Below are positions 34,274 through 45,500 of a DNA stretch of 64,000 bases, piece by piece. The notes below the pieces were generated by a model. It searched no databases, had not been told where the DNA came from, and saw nothing but the letters and a program-made list of their open reading frames with translations. A program made the position numbers and the translations under genes. The first letter of the stretch is position 1, and every line of letters starts with the position of its first letter. The stretch is from Amoebophrya sp. A120 (taxonomy: Eukaryota > Protista > Dinoflagellata), in contig CAJINV010000001.1 in NCBI GenBank assembly GCA_905178155.1, forward strand, positions 15,314,142 to 15,378,141, written 5' to 3'.

Positions 34274-37200
34274 ATGAGGCGTCGCGGTCGTTTTCTCGTA
34301 CCCGTTTTGTCGACGTTGTGTCAACATCTTGCCGTCTTGGATGCCGCACATGGGATGCGCATGCGAGGTGTCCAGCAGGCGGACCTGCCGGCTGAGATGC
34401 AGTCGCCTTTTGACACCAGAAAGGGCGATGACTGCGACTGTATTTTGGATAGTAAGTCCGGAAAGATGGTAAGCCAGAAGGGAGATGACTGCGATTGCAT
34501 CTTGGATGGCAAGCAAGTCTCAGCGGTAGCGGACAGTGCGGCCTCCGGTCGCGGTGATGACTGTGACTGCATCTTGGATAGTAAATCCGGAAAGATGGTA
34601 AGCAAAAAGGGAGATGATTGCGACTGCATCCTCGACAGCAAGCAAGTCTCCGCCGTAGCAGATAGCGCTTCGTCTGGCGGTGATGACTGTGACTGTATTC
34701 TTGACAGTAAATCTGGCAAGATGGTGAGCAAGAAAGGAGACGATTGCGACTGCATTCTCGACAACAAGCAAGTCTCGGCCGTAGCAGATAGCTCGGCGTC
34801 CGGCGGTGATGACTGCGATTGCATCTTGGATAGTAAATCTGGGAAGATGGTGAGTAAGAAGGGAGATGATTGCGATTGCATCTTGGATAGCAAGCAAGTC
34901 TCGGCTGTAGCAGATAGCGCTGCTCAGTCCGCATCTGGGGATGACTGTGACTGCATTTTGGATAGTAAATCCGGAAAGATGGTAAGCCAGAAGGGAGATG
35001 ACTGCGATTGCATCTTGGATAGCAAGCAAGTCTCGGCTGTTGCTGATAGCGCTGCTCAGTCCGCTTCTGGGGATGACTGCGACTGCATTTTGGACAGTCA
35101 GTCGGGCAAGCTCGTGCCGAGCAAAAAGGGCGATGACTGCGACTTATGAAATGCAAAAGCATCGTACTAGTACAAATCGCATGACAAATTTCCTCAGCGT
35201 GAGAAATAGAACTTGTAATGCGGATCTAACTTGAGAAAGAAATTTGTAATGCATGACTGCGATTACTACGAGTACGATACTTCTGCACAGGATACGACTG
35301 CATTTTGGACGGCGACCAGGACACCCAAGAAGATGAAAACGCAGGAGCTCCAGCAGCAGGAGTGTCCGCTGTAGCCGAGTCGGCAACCGAGTCCGGGGAC
35401 GATTGCGATTGCATTCTGGACAGCAAATCGGGGAAAATGGTCAACAGCAAAAAGGGCGACGACTGCGATTGCATTTTGGATGGAAGGAAGGGCACAAAGG
35501 AGCCGTCAACATCCTCAAAAACAGTAACCACAGCAGCGCAGAAGAAGATGAAAGTGGTCGAGAACAAGGCTTCTAGTGCAGCCGCGAAAAAAGCTGCCAC
35601 GACCAAGAAGGGCGATGACTGCGACTGTATTTTGGATGGAAAGAAAGCCACCAAGAAAGGCGACGACTGCGACTGTATCCTGGATGGAAACAAGGAGAAA
35701 AATATTAAAGACAGTGCAGGGCAGAAGGAAAAAAAGAAAACCGGTGACAGCATTAAAAAATCCTCCTCCTTATTGTCCACATCAAGCAGGAAAAAGGGTA
35801 CGAAACTGAGCCGCGTCTTCAGGAGCAATTCGCTGAGTCCAGCGAAGGCGACCGTAACTGCCAAGAAGCACTACAAGCTGAAAGGCAAGAACCGCAAAAC
35901 CGGGAACCCCTGCGCCTGTTTTCTGGAAGGCAAGCTACCGGGCGAAGATGATGACTGCGATTGCGTGCTGGACAAGCCAGAACAGCAGTTAAAGCCGGAT
36001 CAGAAAGGAGCTGCAACTACTTCACACGGGCTGCTCCCTGCAACCGCGGAAGAAAAGTCCACGGACGAGGAGGGGGACGCTGACGAGGCCGCCGAGACTG
36101 AGGACGAGGAGGAGGAACCCGAGCCTGCTGAAGCAGCTCCGGCCGACGAAAGTACAACTTCCAAGGCAGAAGTGCCAGGCCAGTTAAAGAAGGTTGTCAA
36201 CCTCTCCGCGCAGCCGCTACTGAACAAGAGCCAGGCGGCCCCGCTTGGGAGCGCCGCTGCGAACCCCGTAGCTACGGCCCCACCGCCGGCCGCGGCGCCG
36301 GTTGCCACGCAAGGCGAGTGTGCGGAAATCGAGGGGCGGATTCAGCGGCTGCGGGCCGAAATCGCGCTTTGGTCTGACCACACCACCTGGAACCAAAAAA
36401 TTGCCGCCGATAAAGCCGTCGTCGCGACTCAAACCACTGCTGGACTCGGTATGCATCCTTAAAACAACACAGAGATATTAGTCTACACGCGCAGTGCTTT
36501 TTGTTTCGTGAGTAATGTCTTTATCTTCTATCATTGATTAGGAAAAGGAACGAGTCCGTGTGCTAGGTGTATTCGTGTGTCGAAGCAAAAATGCTAATGA
36601 CAATGAACTGGTATTTATTTCCTTGTACTCCAGCCGACATGCTTGCGGACATTCGGTATGAGTTGCACCAGTATCAAGTGCAAAAATGTCTGGGTCTGGA
36701 AGATTCTGACACTTGTCATGCACGTTTTGCATGAGCCATGATGTCTGTGATGCATCCCCTAGCAATACAGATTTTTTGAGGGCTTCTTGATGCGTATTCC
36801 GCATTACAAATGCCTTCTCAGCGTAGCAAAAACTGCCTTTCTTTTGGTACTCATGCAATACAGATTTTTTTAGAATCCAAAATCAGCATGACAAGTTGGA
36901 TTCTTCCAGACCCAGACACTTTTACATTTGATAACCAGATCACGGTGCCGATTCTCGTGGAGGTTCTGGCGGACAAGATCGAGTATCCCACAGAAAAAAG
37001 CTGGCAGGGCATGTTTGTAATGCAGAAATAAATACACAGAAAAATCTGTCATGGGCGGCCTCATAGCATGCTGTTTAGGATACGCAATACAGATTTTTTT
37101 GTGTATTTATTTTTGCATTACAAATGTGACCTGCCAGCTTTTTTCTGTGGGATATCGAAATGCTCGAGAAGCAGCACGCGGAGTGTGCCAGCGGCAAGGG

Positions 37201-37339
37201 AAAGGAGTGGGAAAAGGTCACGAACGGCAGCGGCAAGGGCGGGCCGGGCGGCGAGCGGTTAAACTTGCAAACCATTCTGCTAGTCCTCGGGGGCGGCGCG
37301 GCCTTCGTCTTTTTGGTGTATTACTGCAGTCGGCGGTAG
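34274..37339 (+). CDS. Predicted type-I surface protein with 17 DDCDC[IV]LD repeats; 3 introners plus GT-AG intron 36449-36633
   Basis: Signal-like N-terminus; exons join in frame to C-terminal TM LQTILLVLGGGAAFVFLVYYCSRR*. Confidence 0.8.
35145..35294. mobile_element. Introner family A, 150 bp
   Basis: TSD CGACT; TATGAAATGCAAAAG...CTTCTGCACAGGATA; interrupts a DDCD|CILD repeat. Confidence 0.92.
36672..36933. mobile_element. Introner family D, 262 bp
   Basis: TSD ACCAG; same length as and highly similar to 28295-28556. Confidence 0.92.
36984..37154. mobile_element. Introner family C, 171 bp, ~65-bp TIR hairpin
   Basis: Flanks TCGAG / TCGAA; TATCCCACAGAAAAAAGCTGGCAGG / CCTGCCAGCTTTTTTCTGTGGGATA. 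Confidence 0.92.
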
Positions 37340-38207
37340 GTAGGAGGCTGATGCTGCTGGGACCATTTGCCCTTTCTAGGGGCTGAACCTGTAGTACGGA
37401 ACAATGAGTATGTAAGTAAGTAGTAGAGCGAATCAACATGATTTCTTTTCCGCTTAGTGAGTAGAATTCAATTTGTTTCCGATCCGTTGTGCCATGTAAG
37501 CGTAAGGCCTTGAGCCGAGCGAACCAAAGAAAAACTGGAGGGCAACCAAGACCAACGGGAAGCGGTTTCCACAGTTCAAGATGGAAGTGCAACAGCGAGG
37601 TTGAATCTCGATGGCTCTCTCCCCTCCCTCTCGGTGATTGATTTCCTGCTCTCTCGGTCTGAAATAGATACGGAAGATGATCATATCTGTCCTGTTTGTG
37701 ATGTTTTTGAAGATCAACCTGCAGTCGGTCGTTGAAAAGATCTGATCAGTTGTTTTGCATACAAAAATAAAGCTTCTAGAACCAACGACGTGCAGTAAAA
37801 AAGGATCCCATGAGGATGTCGTTTGGTATGTGGTGACGTTTTTCAATTTCACCTGAACGAACGCAAACACGTGAGGTCCGAAATTTAGGATCAATTTGAG
37901 CTGACTTCGTCGATCGAACGAGTCTGCTCTGTCGTGTAGACCATGTGATGCTGATTCTTGTTGATCGCACGCGCACGCGCACTCGCAGGTTTATTCACTC
38001 CCGACCGCTCTTCACCTAATTTGCCATCGTCGATTTTGATGTTGATAAAGTAAGTATGTAAAGTACAATACTTTAGAAGGGCGAGTTGTACTAGTGCCAC
38101 TACCTCCTCAATGTACACTCGTCTCAGTGAAGATTTTTTGGCCGCAAAGTTGAAGCCCCGGAGAGTTGTCTGAAATCCATTCTGAAGCCACACCAGAATT
38201 ATAAACC

Positions 38208-39083
38208 ATGGGCAACAGTCCTTGCTGCTTGACTGGCGGGCGGAACCGCTACAGCCAGGTCGACGAATCCGAGTTCATTCCCGAGAACTCCCTGGCGTGG
38301 TGGGACCGCGTCGGCAGGATAGGCTCGGAACGGTGGCAGGACCTGACGCGGTTCATTCCGCAGTCACTGCGAACCATCTGGCTGCACCCTGGGATCGACG
38401 AGTTTGGCTACTACACTAGCGACGTAACAACGATAACGAGGAATAAGGCGAAGAGGCCAAAGCAGGGCGAGAAGCGGAAGGTGCTGCAAATCATCAACGT
38501 CGAGAAACTGCTCGTGAGAGTGGTGCGGCCGAACTCCCATGGCGAAATCGCGCTTATCACCGTCCCGGCGGCCAACGTGTTTTTCGTGAACCACTTCGGG
38601 CACCAGCAGATACGATTGGGGAAGTTAAAGAACAAACCAGAATACAATAACGCGAAAGTCCTCGCTTTGGAGAAGCCAGTGACGTTATTGTGCGATGAGT
38701 ACGTTGCGGACAAGTGCTCCCCCCCGACCGCGCTGATATTAACAGCGGACAAGGCGTATCAGCTTTTTCAGAGTCCGTTCAACAATCCAAACATTCCCGA
38801 GGAACTGTTGCTGAAAAGCGGGCTGTCCGAAGGCTCCGTCGAAAATTTTTTCGGCGACGTAGAAGAGACGCTGCGAAGGAATTCCTACGACCAGGAGGAG
38901 ATGGCCACCTTACAGATTAGAATGGATAACCTGACCAACCTAAACGAGGGACAGCGGTCAAAGAGAAAACGGCTTCTAAGGCGCCTGTCAGAGGAGTTTG
39001 CGAATCGGAGTGAGAATGTTGCACCGGCAGAAGATAGTGCAGAACACACGGAAATAGGACTACAGAATCAACAAAGAATATAA
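38208..39083 (+). CDS. Hypothetical protein with predicted dual N-acylation (MGNSPCC)
   Basis: Single-exon 291-aa ORF; Gly2 with nearby Cys pair. Confidence 0.7.
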   Translation: MGNSPCCLTGGRNRYSQVDESEFIPENSLAWWDRVGRIGSERWQDLTRFIPQSLRTIWLHPGIDEFGYYTSDVTTITRNKAKRPKQGEKRKVLQIINVEKLLVRVVRPNSHGEIALITVPAANVFFVNHFGHQQIRLGKLKNKPEYNNAKVLALEKPVTLLCDEYVADKCSPPTALILTADKAYQLFQSPFNNPNIPEELLLKSGLSEGSVENFFGDVEETLRRNSYDQEEMATLQIRMDNLTNLNEGQRSKRKRLLRRLSEEFANRSENVAPAEDSAEHTEIGLQNQQRI

Positions 39084-39778
39084 AGAAAAAAAGTGTAGTC
39101 TGGTGAAAGTAGCGGCTAATATCAACATTGCCATGAGCAGTGTCCTGTCTTACGCAACCCCAAGCGACCTCGAGAATCGATACATGAGAAGCGATCAACA
39201 TGTGCGCGCGCAAGCGCGCCTCTCCTGAAGAATGTCAGGGGGATGGATTGTGATGCGTTTGTGTCAATGAAAGTGTTCTGAGCAGTAGAAGTCTCAAACG
39301 ATGTTGTGGGGAAACTGAAACATGGTCAAAATCCGATATCAACGCAGGCCAGATAAATACGAAGATCCCTGGTTCTCGTCCACGTCCTAGAACAGTTCAA
39401 ATTCCATTGAAAATCGCTGCTAAAGTTGCAGATCTACTCCTGCGACATGTATTGAAGATGAATGAAGAAAATGCTGGAGAAATCGTTATGGCGGATCAGA
39501 AATGCTCCCCTCTGAAAGTGTTTCATGCTTTTTAGTTCGTTCTGCACATCAATAATGAAGGAGCTAGGCGTACCTTTTCCACAAAAAAAAGCAGGCGTCT
39601 CTATGTATGATCCTAGAGCACTGGCGACGTTGGTTGGATAGAGTACGATAGCCATTGCCATTGGTGACTTTCACTATGTACATTGTAAATCTTGGGTGAC
39701 TTCTAAAAATCTTTTGGACACGAACACTTTGTCCTTATCATTCTGCTAGCGCACCACTGGTGTGCAATACAACAAAAC

Positions 39779-41392
39779 ATGTCGGGCGACACGAAAGACG
39801 ACCTGGATGAACGGATCTTCGTTGCCGGAATGGATCCCGCACGGCTTAACCAAGCCAGCGCTTACGATGACGACGACGATCTTGCGGCCGACGTGGTCGC
39901 CCCGCCGCCTGCCAAAAAACCGAAGCTTCAGGCGGGCGGCTCAGAGCCCAGCAATCGGCGCAGCAAGGACGAGGATGGAGATGAGAACATGACAAGTTCG
40001 GATGAAGAAGAATCCTCGGAAGACCTACTGGATCTCCTCGCCGCGGGCGGAGCAGCTGCCAATGGCCGCAGCAAGTCCACGAAAAGCAACAAGCCGGGCA
40101 TCCGCGGAAAGCGGGGACCGGAGGCGCGAAAGCGGCGGATGTTGCAACGAATGGAGCAGCGCAGGCAAGAAGTCGGGGAGGACGGAGAGGAAGTCGGGAA
40201 AAAATTCACCTACGATCCGTACTGAATATACGATTTTCGTTCGATATTCTTAAAATGCTTTTGACTAGCTCGTTTTCTTTCGCGTTTTAGTATAGTGCGA
40301 ATGCGTCGTCCGAACAAATATTGAAAGTTCTTGACGCCCGGGAGCTTCTAGAAATCGAAGTTGAAGTAGCCGCTGAAAAATTGAAATAGGAAACCAACTT
40401 CTCCTATCAAAACAGTGTGATCGCCAAGCACCGGAATAGCAAGCGGTTGTTTGTGACGAATGTGAGCTTTTCCACTTCGGAGGAGGAGATCAAGGAGCTG
40501 TTTGAGGAGTGTGGGGAGGTACTCGAGGTCCGCATGTCGCAGGACAAGGCCACGGAAAAGTTTTCCGGGTACTGCCACGTCGGGTTCGCGGAGCTGAAAA
40601 GCGCACGCGCGGCCATCGAGAAGTTCCACCACCACAAACTCGATGGCCGGTATCTCTTCGTCTCCCAATGCGAAGCGAAGGAAAAGAAGGACAAAATCGA
40701 ACTTCCTTTCTACGCCCTGCCGTCAACACTAGCGAACCGGGTCAGTCTGGTGGAGAAACACCCGCACTTCACCTTTCCCGACAATGTGCAGCGACAAATG
40801 GCGGAGCTCCACAAGCAACACAAGTACTGACTTTGATACTTCATCTTTTCGACTAATCGAGTAAGTATGGCACACATATCAATCAAGATCTCACTCCTCG
40901 AGCAGCGAAGCAAGATAAGGAAGCCGCAGCGTTTCTTTTTCGCAGGCTCTAATACTTTGTTGAAAGATTTGTTTCTGATGAGCATGGACGATCGGTATCA
41001 AAACTCTGCTTTATCCATTGACTCACCTTTTCAGGTACGCGGGAAAAAACATCTCCTGCATCAAGACTGCGTGGGAGCTGACCCATAACGACGGCGAGAA
41101 GCTGGACGTCGGTGAGTGGGGCTTCAAAAACTTTTCCGCCGCGTTTCGCACCTTTCCGTACTTCCGGATGGAGCGCGAAGCCCCCTTCCTGAAACCGCAG
41201 CCGAAGATCAGCGATCCGACGGCATCCGCTGGTTCGTCCTCCGCAACCGGTAAAGCAGAAGCGGACGGAGAGGCTCCTCATGCTGCTGGCTCCCCAAGCC
41301 AGAAACCGATTGTGGAAAGTAGTCGGCTAGTCGAGAAGGAGCAGATCAAACAGCACAAGGGCAGTCTTACCTATGTCTCCTATCTCAGATAG
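39779..41392 (+). CDS. RRM RNA-binding protein with C-terminal LOTUS/OST-HTH-like domain; GT-AG introns 40219-40415 and 40824-41034
   Basis: RNP2 LFVTNV, RNP1 SGYCHVGF; LDVGEWGFKNFSAAFRTFP; both splices in frame. Confidence 0.8.
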
Positions 41393-42518
41393 CATTGGCT
41401 TTCTGTGGCTTTGGCGTTGGCCGCTGCGCTTGTTGACCGCATAAAACATTTATCCACTAGAGTTTTACCCACATTGACAGCGACATATTCTCTCATATTC
41501 TCAAACTGCGACGAAATCCAAATCACATGATTATCCGAAACTGACTCCGATTCATCGTTCGCGATGTTTTCGACGCACAGTAGGAAGGTACTTAGTGTTC
41601 CTTACAGGAATCCAGACGCAGAATGATATATTGCGCTTGTCCTGGCGGTAGTAGTGCCGTTGTAGAAGGAGTTTTTTCATGCGCTCTAAGTCTGTGTCGG
41701 TGCGCGTGCGTCTTCCATTCGGGCCCTTTGTTCCATGTCCTATCAGATACGTTGAAGTCCCTTTTTGCAGTCGCGGTCGCTAGCTTCTGGGTCAGGAACA
41801 CACGCGGCGAGATGCTACTTCTTGCAATGTTCTTGTCTCACTATAGCTATGTATCCGTTGCGACGGTTCTTGTAGATTGATCTTCCTGCTGTTTGTGTAT
41901 TACCTGGGCTGGGAGTGGACTGGGTATTGCTATTGGCTCTCCTTCTCCGCATTGGCATATTGATTCACTCATTCGCAGGACAGACCAGGAGGAGTAATTC
42001 CATAGCTAATTCGAATGAAACTGAAAGTCGTTGCTGCAACATCTTCTTTCATCGCCATAGAACTAATTGCTGAAAAACCAAAAACGCAAAAACTTGAACT
42101 CGATGTTGCACAGAGGATGATGATGATCGCGATCTTCGGCCCACACACAAACGTGATAGCGCACTTAGGTTGTTGGCACAGCATTTAATAGTCTCGGAGT
42201 GTTTTCATCTTCTTCCAAATCTTCATGCAGGGTTAGGGTTCATAAGGTGATACTCGGCACCCCGATCAGCAATGACACAAAGAAACCAAGACCTTAATTT
42301 CTCACGCCACAGACTACATCATACTTAGGTTACTTCGCGATTTGATATCTGTTCCCGTTATTATCCCCGTTCCGTCTTGATGTAGTTGGTTCTGATCGAC
42401 CCTTTATTCTAGTTCCAAAGAGATCGAGCCCGAGGATGTATTACGATTTACTACCAACAAAAATGCGTTTTCACAATTTTACTGACGAAAAACCGCTATA
42501 ATACAAAGGAGCACCACC

Positions 42519-45500
42519 ATGGGGGACGACTTCGCGTTGGAGGTGTGCAGCACCACCAGCTTCTTGAAAAAGACGCTCGATTCCTACCCGGAAGGCGGCC
42601 AAATTGTCGTCGAGGCGTTCCAAAATGCAGTCGACGCAAAGGCCTCGGAGTTTGGCTGTTTCCTCGACTGCTGGCGCGTGGATCATGACCAGGGAGGGAC
42701 AAGTGCAAGCACTAGCAGTTCCTCGTCCAGCTCCGCCGCCAGCGAAGATTCTCACGCAACCAGAAAAAAAGCGAAAAAAAGTAGCAGCTTGAAGAAAAAT
42801 AAAAGCACAGGAGCTGCTCGCAGCTCCACTGGTGAGCAGAATGTTGTTAACACCTGCTCCGCCGTTGCTGATGTGGACGACGCGGCGCTCCGGGTGCGCG
42901 AGTTTTGCCACGTGTGTGTGGTTTTCACGAACGATAGTGTTTTTCTCCCGGAAGACTGGGAAAGCTGGAAGAAGATGTACGAGAGCGTCAAGGCTAGCAA
43001 GCCGGGGAAAATTGGGCAGTACGGCCTGGGCAGCCGCAGTTTCTTCCACGTCGCGGACGTTATCGCCGTGGTGTCCGATAAATTTCTCGCCTTCGTAGAT
43101 CCGAACAAGATCGTTTTCACGGAAACCGGGGGGAAAAAGTGGGATCTCACGGAAGACGGACACCGAGACCCGACCCTGCGCACGCCGGAGTGGCAAAGGT
43201 AAGTAACAAACAGGTTGGTTTTTGCTGAGGAGAGCGCAGAGGACTCATTTCATCCTTGACAGATTCCGTTTCAAGTATGCTTTAGTAGTGAAGTGTCTTT
43301 TGCAACTTTAGTGACAGCGTTACCCGATTTGTTCATCAATGAATTTCGTTACGCATCAAGGCAACGAACCTTACCACTACAGGTTTCTGAAGGGTTTCGA
43401 GCGCTACGGACTGACACGCGACCAGGAGACCGGTCAGTTTGAGCCCTTCCAGGGGACCATCATTCGTCTGCCCTTGCGCACGGAAGCCCAGGCGCAAACT
43501 TCCGAGATCAGTCAGAATGCCTACACACCGGCAAAAATGGTCGACATTTTGAGGCAGCGGTTTTACGACGAGCTTGACCCGATGGCCTTATTGCGCTTCA
43601 TTCCGGGCGTGAAGAAAATCCGCGTTGGCCAGTACACTCACGACGGTAACCGCTTGGAGGGATTGCGCATCGACGCAGAAGTGCTACCGGTCCAATCTTC
43701 GTCTTCCGAAAATATAAGACAAGAGCAGACCTTGGAAACAACATCCTTCACTTCGAGCGTACCGAGCGCAAAGCGGCGCAAAACCGAGCAATCCTCTCGT
43801 GGTCTCGCAACTACTTCATCATCATCAAGTACTTGTCCTCGGGAAGTTGTGCCTGAATTCCTTCGCAAGTTCAAGGACTATGCACAGCTCGCGAGCGCCC
43901 TCCGAGACCGTCCTGGCGCTGCTGCGACGACGAGCGACAAAAAGGAGGACGCGGTCGTGTTGCCTTCTTCGCAGTACCTGTTGCAAGTCTCGTTTTCCGT
44001 GAATGAAAACGCGTTTGTCGACCTTGCTAACAGTCAAACGAGCCCCAGCGACGAAGGTGGTTTTCTTCCGCAACGCGACGGCGAGAGTAACTACCCCTCC
44101 ACCGTGAGGACGCGATCTGAATTCGTCTCGATCGCGGTCGCTGACGTACCGAGCTTGTCCAATGCGGTGCAAAAACTCAAAACCGCTCCTGTCGTGGGGA
44201 TCGCAATTCCCCTGGTCGCAGAGCAGCAAGCATCTTCTTCTGCGGAGCAGGCAGGGGCTGGAAATCATGATCAAGTTGTTCTGCAACTACAGCAGCAATT
44301 CCACCGGGCGTACACGTACATGCCTTTGCCGTTCGCGACCGGGTTGCCGGTCCCCATTCACGGCGACTTCCAGCTGCACGACAATCGTCGGTCGCTGTGG
44401 ACGACGGCCTCAAACGACGTGCGCGGCACAGCGCTAGAAAAGGGGAAATGGAACAAGACTCTCGCGGAAGAGCCGCTGCCGGAAATGTACGCGACCATGC
44501 TGGCGACGGCCCTGCGATGCAAACTGTTCTCGATGTTGACAAGGAAAGGGAATGAACGTCAGGACCTTGTTCCAAGCAAGAAAGCCATACTAGAATCAGC
44601 GTCAGCAGACCACGGCCAACTCGACACCACGCTCCGATCCCGCCGCGAGTACTTTTCCAAGTGGCCAAATCTGTCGCTGCTCGGCTCTGCCGCGACCAAT
44701 AACCGAGAGTACTGGTCCGCTTTGGCTGAACGAGTGGGCTTCTACGCCAAGTCGCGTCTGACGATTCCGCGGGAGGCAGTCGTCTTTCCACCCGGAGAAC
44801 TGGAAACTGCGGCGGTAGAGGACGAGGAGACCACTGTCGAAAATGCCCTCTACAAGCCCGAGGACGTTGTTCTCCTCGGCGCGGAGTTCCGGAGCCGTCC
44901 GAAGCATCGCAGCGCCGCGATGCGGCTGCTTGCGCAGTGCTACGGACAGACGACGCAGTTGCTGCCGACGGATTGTCCCGCACATGTGGAGGAATTGCTG
45001 GAGAAGAGCGCACAGAAAGTGTTGAGTATCAGCAGTTTTTTCGAACAGTTCTTTTTTCCCGCGATCCCGCAGCTGATTGATCAAGAGAGCGGGAAGTGGA
45101 AACTTCCTTCATCACTAACCTCCGTCGACGCTAAAAATCAAGAAAAGCAGAAATCCTCGCAAGAGGAGGTCGTACAAGAACCCAACCGGGGGTGCTTCTC
45201 CTCAAAGCTTGGTTTGTTCAATACGGAGCGCCACCTCCAGCCCGACGAATTCGATTTGCTTTTGGAACTGTACCTGACAGAAGTAGTGAACAGAAAAAAC
45301 AAGCAGTCGGAAGGCAAGAATGTTGGAACCAGTTTGCTTCTGGTTTCGAGCGCGGAACAAGCGGACATTTTCAGCAGTACAAAACTTCTACGACGAGCAG
45401 ATGGGATTGAAAGCGAGGCTATTGAACGCCCATCAACAGGTTCACAAGCTGCTTGCTACGAAGCCATCGGTTCGCTTTTTGACCCCGGAGAGAAGAGACT

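Noticed and set aside
8736-37154. G:U-biased TIR mismatches suggesting selection on RNA structure
   Set aside because: Seen in 8736 and 36984, but 35145 and 36672 show A:C mismatches; inconclusive with this sample
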